Of a stretch of 64,000 nt of DNA, positions 18,419-27,874 are shown in pieces. The DNA comes from an uncultured virus (IMG/VR IMGVR_UViG_3300034071_002561). Taxonomy: Duplodnaviria > Heunggongvirae > Uroviricota > Caudoviricetes. The notes under the pieces were generated by a model, which saw only the letters and a program-made list of their open reading frames with translations, was not told the DNA's origin and did not search any database. The stretch is from IMG/VR virus record IMGVR_UViG_3300034071_002561; one strand, written 5' to 3'. Each line of letters starts with the position of its first letter. Position 1 is the first letter of the stretch. The translations under genes were made by a program, and so were the position numbers.

Positions 18419-19723
18419 ATGAAACACACATTGATATCTCTAGCAGTAGTGGCAGTATTATCTGGTTGCGCATCAAGTTCAGCCGTACGTGAAAAAATAA
18501 CCAGCAATCAATTTGATGCACCTCGAGTCGAAGCCAGTAAGTTTCTAAAGCAAGAACAAAACAAACTACGACCACCACAAGGCGGGCCAGTGGCTGTGGC
18601 TGTTTATGGGTTCCGTGATCTAACAGGACAACGTAAAAGCCAGCCCTTGATTGCTAGTTTGAGTTCAGCTGTGACACAGGGCGCTGAAAACTATCTAATC
18701 AAAGCTCTGCAAGACGTAGGTGATCAACGTTGGTTCACTGTATTAGAACGTGGGGGACTGGACAATCTGATCAAAGAACGACAGATGATTCGTCAGATGC
18801 GTGAACAGTATCAAGGTAAGGATGCCAAATCGCTACCGCCAATGATGTTTGCTGGTATCATTATGGAAGGTGGTATTGTTGGCTACGATTCGAATACACT
18901 CACAGGTGGTTCGGGTGTGAGAATTTTTGGTATTGGTGCATCAACACAATATCAAAGCGACACAGTGACAGTGACTCTAAGAACAGTTAGTGTGGCCACT
19001 GGTGAAATACTCACAACTGTGACCGTGACCAAAACTGTGTTGAGCTACATGGACAAATTGACCTTGCTGCGTTTCGTGGGCGATGGCACCACACTAGGAG
19101 CCAATGCCAATGCCGTGGAAGGTGAGATTGGCGGCAGCATTAACGAAAGTATCAACCGAGCAGTGGACGTAGCTGTGCAGGCAGCAGTGGTCCAGACTAT
19201 TAATGAAGGTGCCCGTAAAGGACATTGGAGTTTCAAGGAGGAAAAGAATGAGTTGGTTCAAACACAAACCCCCAAAGAATCCGCCCCCACCAAAAGTGCA
19301 CCTAACCCCGCACCACAGCAGTCCAATGGCGGACAAGGCAATGGAACAGGCAAAGCTAACGAGCCCGCACCAGAAGTCAAACCTGAAATCAAGCCAGAAA
19401 TCAAGCCAGAAATCAAGCCAGAAGTAAAGAAGGAGGAACCTAAAAATGATGTCAAACCTATTACAACAGTTGTTCCACCAGCGCCAGCAGCAGTACCAAC
19501 AGTAACACCAAAAGAAGAAGTCAAAGTTGGTGACGTGAAATTTTTTAAAGAGCCGTATTATGTTAGAGCCAAAGCTATCGAAGCAAGCACAAGGCAATGG
19601 TTGTTTTTAAAAGGCACAGAAGTAAAAGTAATTGAAGTTGATAATAATTGGGTTAAGGTACAAACTCGAGATGGCAAAAAAGGATTCGTTCCAATTAGTA
19701 TGTTGAGTCCAATTAAGCCATAA
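18419..19723 (+). CDS. csgG: Curli secretion channel CsgG with Pro-rich linker and C-terminal SH3-like domain
   Basis: Lipobox LSGC; VAVYGFRDLTGQRK, SSAVTQGA, WFTVLERGGLDNLIKERQMIR, EGGIVGYDSN; C-terminal WVKVQTRDGKKGFV. Confidence 0.92.
   Translation: MKHTLISLAVVAVLSGCASSSAVREKITSNQFDAPRVEASKFLKQEQNKLRPPQGGPVAVAVYGFRDLTGQRKSQPLIASLSSAVTQGAENYLIKALQDVGDQRWFTVLERGGLDNLIKERQMIRQMREQYQGKDAKSLPPMMFAGIIMEGGIVGYDSNTLTGGSGVRIFGIGASTQYQSDTVTVTLRTVSVATGEILTTVTVTKTVLSYMDKLTLLRFVGDGTTLGANANAVEGEIGGSINESINRAVDVAVQAAVVQTINEGARKGHWSFKEEKNELVQTQTPKESAPTKSAPNPAPQQSNGGQGNGTGKANEPAPEVKPEIKPEIKPEIKPEVKKEEPKNDVKPITTVVPPAPAAVPTVTPKEEVKVGDVKFFKEPYYVRAKAIEASTRQWLFLKGTEVKVIEVDNNWVKVQTRDGKKGFVPISMLSPIKP
19371..19425 (+). 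repeat. 12-bp tandem repeat (CCAGAAATCAAG; KPEI units)
   Basis: PEVKPEIKPEIKPEIKPEVK in the csgG linker. Confidence 0.8.
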
Positions 19724-19879
19724 GTGTTGATATTTTTACATGTTGGAAAATACACATGTAAGAATTTTAACAGCGGCATTTAATTTTTGTGCAGTGAGTA
19801 TTAAATAAATTACAAGGAACATTAACGGTCTTAGACCAAGGAACTTGTTGGCAAATAATAAACCAACATTAGACACAAG

Positions 19880-20695
19880 ATGAAAAAAAGAATGACAGGC
19901 AATAGCGAGTTGTCGAGAAAATTACTCGCAGCAGTAATGGTTCTAGGAACCAGCTTAGTCTGGGCACAATCTGCTACAGGACCTAATAAGGTCTATATTG
20001 AGCAGGTTGGTAGCAGTAACGTTATTACCATTGAACAAGTTGGTGGCACCAACAATGTTGGCGGAGTGACCACAACCACGGCCACCGTAGTGGCTGGCAC
20101 AGGTATCACTACACTGACTCCAGACGCACCTAGTGCCAGTAACTATGGCACCATTACAGGCAGCAACAACATAGTAGGTATCACGCAGACCGGCAATGCT
20201 AACTCTGCGCAGTACAACATCATGGGCAATCTCAACACCTACAACAGCACTGTGACAGGCAACAGCAATCAAACTAGATTGACTGTGGGCAATGTCAATG
20301 CAGCGGCCAATCAGGACAATGTGATCACAGAAACTATCACTGGCAACAGCAACATGATCATACAGAATCTAGTGGGCAACGAAATTGTCACTACTACCAC
20401 GATCACTGGCAACAGCAATCAAATTACCAGTGACCTGCTCAGCAGTCGTGGCACAGTGACCAACGCTATTACAGGCGACAGCAATGTGTTTAACATACAG
20501 CAGATTGATGCAGCTGGCGCCAACGGTCATGTATTGGCCATGGCCACAGTGGGCGATTTCAATAGCATTACCACACAGCAACAAGGTACCAACGACACTA
20601 CTGTGAATATTCAAACACAAGGCAGCAACAACACTGTCACAGTGAGAACCAGCAGTTCAGCCATTGTGGCACCTGTGTCAGCCATAGCGAGATAA
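19880..20695 (+). CDS. Curlin-like secreted beta-solenoid protein
   Basis: Signal peptide; repeated I-x-Q-x-G-x-x-N / ITGNSN units. Confidence 0.75.
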   Translation: MKKRMTGNSELSRKLLAAVMVLGTSLVWAQSATGPNKVYIEQVGSSNVITIEQVGGTNNVGGVTTTTATVVAGTGITTLTPDAPSASNYGTITGSNNIVGITQTGNANSAQYNIMGNLNTYNSTVTGNSNQTRLTVGNVNAAANQDNVITETITGNSNMIIQNLVGNEIVTTTTITGNSNQITSDLLSSRGTVTNAITGDSNVFNIQQIDAAGANGHVLAMATVGDFNSITTQQQGTNDTTVNIQTQGSNNTVTVRTSSSAIVAPVSAIAR

Positions 20696-20697
20696 CA

Positions 20698-21795
20698 GTG
20701 CGGTGGCTGATGCTGGCACTGTTGTTGGCCGCAGTGAGTCCTGCATGGGCTGGCATTGGCACGGTGAGCGAAAACAAGGGCACTGCCTGCGAAGTTGAAC
20801 GCAACAAGAAAAAATTGTCTGGCATCAAAGGCGCTGCCATTGAAAGCATGGACACTTATACCACTGGTGCATGCGTCAGCAGCATTACGTTTCGTGATGA
20901 AACCAAAGTCAAGGTCACTGAGAATTCTAGACTAGTGATTGACGATTTTGTATACGATCCAAAAAACTCAGACGCAGGCAAGTTGGCTATGAAAGTAGGC
21001 ATGGGAACTGTGCGTTATGCGTCAGGGCAGATCGCCAAAAACAATCCCCAACAGGTCAACATCAAAACCCCCACTGCCACTGTGGCGGTACGCGGCACTG
21101 ACTTTACCATGACTGTGGACGAAACTGGACAGAGTCTCATTGTGTTGGTGCCCAGTTGCAAGGATGATCGCGACATCAAGACCTATGAGCTAGAGGAAAA
21201 CCGTTGCAAAGTAGGCAGTATTTTGGTCACCACGGACGCAGGTACAGTCACATTAGATAAGGCATTTGAAGCCACATTCGTGGCCAGTGCCAACAACATG
21301 CCCACTGCACCCACTGTGATCAACACTGTAGAAAGTAAAATCAGCAACAATTTGATCTTGCTGGCACCACCTGAGATCACACAGGCCATCCGAGAACAGG
21401 CACGCAGCAAACGAGACCGAGAAGCCGATGAAGCTGAGGCAGAAGCACAACGACAAATTGCACAGCGAGCACGTGAAGCAGACGAATCTATCGAACGTGC
21501 TAGACTATTATTGTTGGAAGAATATCTAGGTCGAGCAGGTTGCAATCCCAGCACATCAGTGTGTGTGGCTTGGGAAAAGTCAGATTCGCCGGACATTGAA
21601 AGTCGAGGACGCGGTATAGCCTATCGTACCAACATTGATCACTATGCTGAGGTGAAAACATCAGGCTACAATTCCAACACATTTGTCGCCATCAGTCATG
21701 ATGATCAATATGCCTACACTATTGTTGGCAGTGGCGATCCGGGTGGCAACGTTGTAAACATTGTACAGAAGACTGGAGTGTTGAGACGTCCATGA
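20698..21795 (+). CDS. FecR-domain secreted protein
   Basis: Signal peptide; VTENSRLVIDDFVYDP, IKTPTATVAVRGTDF. Confidence 0.85.
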   Translation: MRWLMLALLLAAVSPAWAGIGTVSENKGTACEVERNKKKLSGIKGAAIESMDTYTTGACVSSITFRDETKVKVTENSRLVIDDFVYDPKNSDAGKLAMKVGMGTVRYASGQIAKNNPQQVNIKTPTATVAVRGTDFTMTVDETGQSLIVLVPSCKDDRDIKTYELEENRCKVGSILVTTDAGTVTLDKAFEATFVASANNMPTAPTVINTVESKISNNLILLAPPEITQAIREQARSKRDREADEAEAEAQRQIAQRAREADESIERARLLLLEEYLGRAGCNPSTSVCVAWEKSDSPDIESRGRGIAYRTNIDHYAEVKTSGYNSNTFVAISHDDQYAYTIVGSGDPGGNVVNIVQKTGVLRRP

Positions 21796-23465
21796 AACGG
21801 TTCTTACTAATATTTTCATTCCTAATTACATTCTGTTTATCTGCACACAGTCAAGCAACAGGCCTTGTTGATCTAAAGTTTGGACGATATCAAATAGCAG
21901 ACAGTCAATGGAACGTTCAGGCTTGTATGTACACAACTACATGTCAAATCTACAGTAAAAACCCAGGTACAGCATATCAAATACCCTGGTACAACGGACA
22001 ATTAAGTTGGGCCGCTGGCGACTATGTTAAATTTGCCACCACTGGAGATGCTACAAATCCATGGAATGCTATTCAGTACACATCGGCAGGCACGCAAAAA
22101 GCAGTAATGGGCACTGGCCACATTATCAACATGGGCACGGACTATTTCTTCTTTGTGGGCAATGACAATAACACCGGACAGTTGTTTAGTATGACTCAAG
22201 GATTTGCCAACACAAGTGGTGTTACATGGACTGGTACATTGAACCCAACAGTAGCGCAGGTTAATAATTATGCTACTAACGGATCAACGACTCCCTTAGC
22301 CGCAGGTCAAACTGCCGCGCCGGCCGGGCCGCCACCGCCTGCTCCTACGGCAATCTATATGAATAACGCTACTGTAAATATTATAAGAGCAATTCCAACT
22401 AGTAATAACAGCCCTGGTAGCGAAGGACCTAACAACGCTTTTGACAATAATCCTAACACAAAATATCTAAACTTCGATAAAAAGAATGCTGGAGTCACAA
22501 TACAACTAACTTCTGGTAGAGTAGTCACACATTTTACAGTCACAACAGCAAATGATTTTAGTGGACGAGATCCTACTAGTTATAAACTTTACGGAAGCAA
22601 TGATGGCGCAACATGGACATTAATTAAACAAGATTCAATTTCTTTAAGTGAATCTCGCTATACAACTTCGGCCGTTATAGATATTGGCAATACTACTGCT
22701 TATGCTTATTACTTTATGTTATTTCCGACAACAAAGGCGGGAGATGGGTGTGGTTTAAACTGTGACAGTATGCAGATTGCTGAGATTACCTATTACTACG
22801 ATGCCAACAGTACAACAACATCAACTGCTTCTAGCAATACCATTGTTGATCCTGTAACTGCGGCCGCAAATACCCTATGTTGCGGAGGCAGTGCAGCGTC
22901 ATTTAACGCTACGACTACTAACACAGCCAAAGTTTTAACATTTGTCAATAGAACAACAGCAGATAGTCAGGTTCATATAGAACAAATTGGCACACAGAAC
23001 GTAGTTGAAGTAAATCAAAGCGGCACTAGAAATAATTATGTTGAATACTACGGCAATGGTCTAAGCAATGATATTAATATTACACAAACTGGAAATGCTG
23101 CAACACAAGCAAATTATGTCGACTTAAGAGTTGTGGGTAATTTTAACACAGTAGATTTACAACAAACTAGCACAGGTGGTACTAAAGGAATATTTGCTGA
23201 TGTCAGCGGTAATAATAATAGTTTGCTGGTACAACAAAAAGACAGCGGCAGCCATTATGCTGAAATTACTCTAAGTGGCGGTAATAAGAATGTTGATATA
23301 ACACAGCAGGGTTCAGCTGGACATATGGCCAAAGTTAATCTAAGCGGCACACCTACTGATCTAAGTCTAACGCAAAGCGGCAGCACACAGAATTATTACT
23401 CAATTACACATAACTGCACCACAGCAGGTGGCTGTGCCAAAATCACAGTGACGCAAGGCCAATAA
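21792..23465 (+). CDS. Secreted protein: F5/8-type (discoidin) domain plus C-terminal curlin repeats
   Basis: NAFDNNPNTKY...RDPTSYKLYGSNDGATW...MQIAE; C-terminal IEQIGTQN/ITQTGN/TQSG repeats. Confidence 0.75.
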   Translation: MKRFLLIFSFLITFCLSAHSQATGLVDLKFGRYQIADSQWNVQACMYTTTCQIYSKNPGTAYQIPWYNGQLSWAAGDYVKFATTGDATNPWNAIQYTSAGTQKAVMGTGHIINMGTDYFFFVGNDNNTGQLFSMTQGFANTSGVTWTGTLNPTVAQVNNYATNGSTTPLAAGQTAAPAGPPPPAPTAIYMNNATVNIIRAIPTSNNSPGSEGPNNAFDNNPNTKYLNFDKKNAGVTIQLTSGRVVTHFTVTTANDFSGRDPTSYKLYGSNDGATWTLIKQDSISLSESRYTTSAVIDIGNTTAYAYYFMLFPTTKAGDGCGLNCDSMQIAEITYYYDANSTTTSTASSNTIVDPVTAAANTLCCGGSAASFNATTTNTAKVLTFVNRTTADSQVHIEQIGTQNVVEVNQSGTRNNYVEYYGNGLSNDINITQTGNAATQANYVDLRVVGNFNTVDLQQTSTGGTKGIFADVSGNNNSLLVQQKDSGSHYAEITLSGGNKNVDITQQGSAGHMAKVNLSGTPTDLSLTQSGSTQNYYSITHNCTTAGGCAKITVTQGQ

Positions 23466-23498
23466 TACCGCTAAATACCATACAGGTACGGAGCGACA

Positions 23499-23654
23499 AT
23501 GGACCTAATTCTAAGCATATTTCTGGCAGGGTTAAACCCCAACGAACCTCGGTGCGTAAAATGGACATGGACTGGTGATGTTTATAGTAGAAAAGTCGTC
23601 TGCGTAGAATGGTCAAAACCGCAGCCCAAAGATAAGGATCCTAAGAAAACATGA
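23499..23654 (+). CDS. Small hypothetical protein (51 aa)
   Basis: GGAG SD; MDLILSIFLAGLNPNEPRCVKWTWTGDVYSRKVVCVEW...; stop overlaps next start (ATGA). Confidence 0.6.
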   Translation: MDLILSIFLAGLNPNEPRCVKWTWTGDVYSRKVVCVEWSKPQPKDKDPKKT

Positions 23655-24133
23655 TCGATCCTATCACAATTGGCCTTGCTTTCACAGCCGCACAACAATC
23701 AGTAGGTTATATTAAAAAAGCCATTGCTCTGGGCAAGGATGTCAACAGTCTTTACGGACAGTTTGCCAAGTTCTTTGAAAACAGCGATAAGATTCATAGT
23801 GCTAATGTAGCAGCACAAACCAGCAAAAAGATTCTCACAGACGGACAGATTAGAGCCATGTCAATAGAAATTGCCATGCAGAGCAAAGCACTTAGAGACG
23901 CAGAAAAACAACTGAAAGAATTATTGATATATTCCGGGAACAGTGATGTGTGGGATCAGATGATGGCCGAACGTGTGAGAATGTACAAAGAACGTGCTAA
24001 ACTAGAAGCAGACATAAAAAATGCCAGAATCCAAGCACAGTCCGACATGATAGATAGACTACTTATAGGTACAAGTTTTATGGCAATAGCCGTGCCTACT
24101 GTGCTTTTCACTTTTGCAATGATAACTAGATAA
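23651..24133 (+). CDS. Hypothetical protein with C-terminal TM
   Basis: MIDPITIG start, coiled coil, hydrophobic C-terminus. Confidence 0.65.
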   Translation: MIDPITIGLAFTAAQQSVGYIKKAIALGKDVNSLYGQFAKFFENSDKIHSANVAAQTSKKILTDGQIRAMSIEIAMQSKALRDAEKQLKELLIYSGNSDVWDQMMAERVRMYKERAKLEADIKNARIQAQSDMIDRLLIGTSFMAIAVPTVLFTFAMITR

Positions 24134-24162
24134 CTGGTAAATATTAGTTTAAGGAGCTGGTA

Positions 24163-24456
24163 ATGCGAATGCTTTTACTGGCGTTTCTTGTCTGCTTATC
24201 CAGCCCGGCCAACGCTCAATTCAGATATGACTATCCTATCGTCTGTGACGATACTCAAAAAATTATCTCAGTACTAGAGAAAGAATTTGAAGAAAAATTA
24301 TCCTGGAAAGGTTCACACGTCAACGATAAATCTGTATATTCTCTTTGGATCAATGAAAAAACTCAAAACTGGACATTGCTTAAAATGACTCCAACCACTA
24401 CGTGCATATTGGGAACAGGCTCTAACTCCGTTTCAAATTTTGGTACGCCTATATAA
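24163..24456 (+). CDS. Secreted hypothetical protein
   Basis: AAGGAG SD, signal peptide, C...NWTLL...CILGTG. Confidence 0.65.
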   Translation: MRMLLLAFLVCLSSPANAQFRYDYPIVCDDTQKIISVLEKEFEEKLSWKGSHVNDKSVYSLWINEKTQNWTLLKMTPTTTCILGTGSNSVSNFGTPI

Positions 24457-24597
24457 ATTAACTAAGGAACTCAATGACAGACGACGATTTTAAAAGACAC
24501 CTACATCGACAACTAGAAGCAGATAAAAAAAATCACGGACAGTTGACTAATAGAATTTTTGCTAAACCTAAAACGAATGGTTCAAATAAATATAGTC

Positions 24598-26649
24598 ATG
24601 CAAAAACTAATCAAAAAAATCCTAACTAGTCCGTGGACTGCACTGCTGACATTAGCACTTATTATAAGTATAAGAATCGCTGATCCTGTCTTTGTAGAAA
24701 GTGTAAGACTACGCTACTTCGATACCTTAATCACTGCCAAAGCACCGACAGCCAATAACATCTACGCAGTAAACATAGATGAAGCAGCCTTAGACAAATA
24801 TGGTCAATGGCCTTTACCGAGGGCAGAGTATGCAAAAATTATTAAAGATCTCTATAATCGTGGTGCTGGCCTTGTTGTGCTCAATGTTATCATGGCTGAG
24901 CCTGACCGCACTGGTGGTGATGCTGTTTTCGCAACGGCTCTAAAACAATATCCAGTAGTGCTAGGATCAGTGCCTAGCCAACGAACAAAAAATACGCCAC
25001 GCAATCCAGGTTCAGCAGTGCTAGGCCCAGAGTGGCAGGACCAAATCGTCCAATATCCGGGACTGATTGCTAACATACCCCAATTAGAAAATGCGGCAGC
25101 AGGCATTGGAATAGTTGGCACACTACCAGAAGTTGACGGCGTGAATCGTAGACTGCCGTTGATTGTGTCTGTAGACGGTAAACTGTATCCTAGTATCGCT
25201 ATGGAAACACTTCGTGTTGCTGCTGGCGACTCTACGTTCCAGGTTAAGCTCAACGAAGGTGGCGTTGAGAAAATGCGCATACCTAAGTTTGGTCCTATTA
25301 CTACAGACAACCTAGGTCGTGTATGGATCGATTGGAGTCAAGAAAACCAACAGGTGAGTCTAATGAACTTACCTAAAACTTTTAATGGTGCTATAGTTAT
25401 TGTAGGCCCAACAGCCGCTGGTATTAGTAATCCATTGCCTACGGCCAAAGGCGCAGTATTTCCACAAGATGCACAAGCTGCCGCAATTGGCACCATGATA
25501 AATGGTGTGGTAATACAGCGTCCCGACTATGCTGATGGTTTAGAAATCATTGCGATTCTAGCAGTGGGAATACTATTGTTATTTTTAACGAGGTGGGTAT
25601 ATGCGGGACTTGCGAGTGTTATCATTATATGTGTTGGTGTGGTCTTTGGTAGTCACTACGCTTTCTCTAATTTTCTATTCTTATTTGACGCTACTGCCAT
25701 TCTTGTTGGCACAATCTTGGTCGCTCTGCATGCCTACGGTGTCAAGTTTGTAAGTGAGTTTCTACAGAAACAGGCCATAAAGAAACAGTTTGCCGGATAT
25801 GCCAGTCCAACAGTTGTACGTATGCTTGCTGAGAATCCTGCACTCATCAAGGATGGAATGAAGCGTGAAGTTTCAATATGTTTTAGTGATCTACGTGGGT
25901 TTACACCATTAGGTGAAAGTTTCGGTGACGACGTTAAAGGACTAACACGTATCATGAACGGGTATATGGATGCTATTACACAACCTGTGTTAGATGCTGA
26001 TGGTATGATCATCAAGTATATCGGTGATGCCAGTATGCACATACACAATGCTCCTATTGAAGATCCTAACCATCCAAAAACAGCAGTTCGTACAGGACTT
26101 AACATGTTGAAGGCAGTAAAACAATTTAATGATAAGATTGTTGCAGAAGGCCGTCCTGCTATTGCTATGGGTGCAGGTATCAACACGGGCCTAGGCTACA
26201 TTGGAGAGATGGGATCTACTGCAAGGCACAGCTATGATATCCTAGGTGATGCTGTCAGTACTGCGGCACGTATTGAAAGCAAATGCAAAGAATATGGGTG
26301 TGTGCTATTAGTCGGTGGGGCCACAGTAGACCAGTGTGGTGATGATTTCTTCTTTCTAAAAATAGACGATCTAGCAGTCAAGGGCAAGACAGTAGGTATC
26401 GCTATCTATACAGTCTTAGACGACGTCACTCCTGACTACCATGTGTCTAAGAAAATACACAATGCCATGCATGGTGCATATAGATCACAGAATTTCAGTA
26501 CCGCAATCAGCATGTGCAAACAGCTGAGAGATCAGTTCGACGGCAGATTAAGTGGTTATTATGATATGTGGATCGAACGTTGCGAGTTCCAATCGACACA
26601 GAAATTGCCTGAAGATTGGGATGGAATTTTCCACGCTTCGACAAAATAG
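24598..26649 (+). CDS. CHASE2-domain class III adenylate/guanylate cyclase
   Basis: VNIDEAALDKYGQWPLPR, DGVNRRLP, TMs, FSDLRGFT, KYIGDA, GAGINTG, GDAVSTAARIES, VKGKT. Confidence 0.93.
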   Translation: MQKLIKKILTSPWTALLTLALIISIRIADPVFVESVRLRYFDTLITAKAPTANNIYAVNIDEAALDKYGQWPLPRAEYAKIIKDLYNRGAGLVVLNVIMAEPDRTGGDAVFATALKQYPVVLGSVPSQRTKNTPRNPGSAVLGPEWQDQIVQYPGLIANIPQLENAAAGIGIVGTLPEVDGVNRRLPLIVSVDGKLYPSIAMETLRVAAGDSTFQVKLNEGGVEKMRIPKFGPITTDNLGRVWIDWSQENQQVSLMNLPKTFNGAIVIVGPTAAGISNPLPTAKGAVFPQDAQAAAIGTMINGVVIQRPDYADGLEIIAILAVGILLLFLTRWVYAGLASVIIICVGVVFGSHYAFSNFLFLFDATAILVGTILVALHAYGVKFVSEFLQKQAIKKQFAGYASPTVVRMLAENPALIKDGMKREVSICFSDLRGFTPLGESFGDDVKGLTRIMNGYMDAITQPVLDADGMIIKYIGDASMHIHNAPIEDPNHPKTAVRTGLNMLKAVKQFNDKIVAEGRPAIAMGAGINTGLGYIGEMGSTARHSYDILGDAVSTAARIESKCKEYGCVLLVGGATVDQCGDDFFFLKIDDLAVKGKTVGIAIYTVLDDVTPDYHVSKKIHNAMHGAYRSQNFSTAISMCKQLRDQFDGRLSGYYDMWIERCEFQSTQKLPEDWDGIFHASTK

Positions 26650-26653
26650 ATTG

Positions 26654-26983
26654 TTACTTCTTTGATTGTTCAGTGCCGACCAATGCATCTTTGAACTTGG
26701 CGTTGGCTTCTTCTTCAGTTTTCTGTTGTTCTATCACACGCTCTGATTCGATGATCTTACCACGCAGATGTAGAACTGTATTGACCTTTTGATTCAGTCT
26801 GATTAAATCGTTGTCCAACATGCGGATTCGATCAATCAATGCTATCAATACAGTGTTGGCCTCACTAAGCACAGGCTTGACTTCTTTGGTGGCCCAAGTC
26901 CACACATAGAAAATCATGTAGCCCATACCGCCTGCTGCAACGATAGGAAACCCGTATTTGTTAATCAGCTCTACCACGTCCAT
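26654..26983 (-). CDS. Small membrane protein (YvrJ-like N-terminus)
   Basis: ELINKYGFPIVAA; paralog of 27500-27781. Confidence 0.6.
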   Translation of the reverse strand: MDVVELINKYGFPIVAAGGMGYMIFYVWTWATKEVKPVLSEANTVLIALIDRIRMLDNDLIRLNQKVNTVLHLRGKIIESERVIEQQKTEEEANAKFKDALVGTEQSKK

Positions 26984-27128
26984 TTGTCATCTCCTTTTCG
27001 TTCCAAACTTCACCCCAGGGGTTCCATATTTTCTTTGGTGCGGTTTTAGGCACATGATAGTACCAAACTGCCACAGAGATTAATACTAGGCATTCTAACA
27101 AATAGAATACCATAAATGCTTCAAACAT
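26961..27128 (-). CDS. Small membrane protein (55 aa)
   Basis: MFEAFMVFYLLECLVLISVAVWYYH...; coupled within the minus-strand operon. Confidence 0.5.
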   Translation of the reverse strand: MFEAFMVFYLLECLVLISVAVWYYHVPKTAPKKIWNPWGEVWNEKEMTNGRGRAD

Positions 27129-27319
27129 CATCCCACCAACGGCCTAAACACAGTAATTACAGGTTGATAGGCCCATTCAAAGCCGACCAATATCCCAACG
27201 ATGAACCCGATTACAGCACCCCAAAGCGATGATTTAAATAAATCTCTTCCATGGTATATAGGCTGTGACTCGAGGTAGGTCTTGGTATGTTCAGGAAGAT
27301 TATTATACCAGTTGCTCAT
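27128..27319 (-). CDS. Small membrane protein
   Basis: GGAGAG SD, single TM. Confidence 0.55.
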   Translation of the reverse strand: MSNWYNNLPEHTKTYLESQPIYHGRDLFKSSLWGAVIGFIVGILVGFEWAYQPVITVFRPLVG

Positions 27320-27503
27320 TGCGCTCTCCGTCTTTGATAAATTTTACTAAAGGATCTACTTTTTTGAGATAGCAGCGACCGTTAACATTTACCAATTGGA
27401 AGTAATCGCCGCCTTTCCATCCTAGTTTATCTACGTTAAGTTCTTCATCCAAGATTATCCCATTTGGACTTAAATCCCACGAATAGTCAAAATGTAACAT
27501 CAA
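27303..27503 (-). CDS. Hypothetical protein (AbrB-like fold possible)
   Basis: DKLGWKGGD motif; coupled ORF. Confidence 0.5.
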   Translation of the reverse strand: MMLHFDYSWDLSPNGIILDEELNVDKLGWKGGDYFQLVNVNGRCYLKKVDPLVKFIKDGERNEQLV

Positions 27504-27781
27504 TCTCTCCTTGCATCGTTCTTGCCATCTGCACGAGCTATGCGCTCTACATCTGGACGAAGACCCAAAGCATTAGACACCACTGCATCTATGCGTATGA
27601 CATCGTGATTCATGGTTTTTACACGGTTGTCTAAGGCTGTGATTATGCCGCTCAGACCTTTTACTGAACTCATAACAGAGCCCAACACCAATTTGAGAGT
27701 TAGAAATACAAAGTATCCACCTGCCAGCGCCGCAGCAATTGGAAATCCTAGTTCCGCTACTAGTTTGAAAAATTCGCCCAT
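27500..27781 (-). CDS. Small membrane protein (YvrJ-like N-terminus)
   Basis: LVAELGFPIAAA; LDNRVKTMNHDVIRID parallels LIDRIRMLDNDLIRLN in the paralog. Confidence 0.65.
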   Translation of the reverse strand: MGEFFKLVAELGFPIAAALAGGYFVFLTLKLVLGSVMSSVKGLSGIITALDNRVKTMNHDVIRIDAVVSNALGLRPDVERIARADGKNDARRD

Positions 27782-27816
27782 CGATTCGCTCCCGGGTTAT
27801 ACTAGTATTTAACTGA

Positions 27817-27845
27817 TTGACAACATCGTTAACTGATGCTATAAT
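27817..27845 (+). promoter_or_regulatory. sigma70-type promoter
   Basis: TTGACA-N17-TATAAT. Confidence 0.85.
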
Positions 27846-27874
27846 ATACACATAGAAAGTGAGTATAACCTGCC

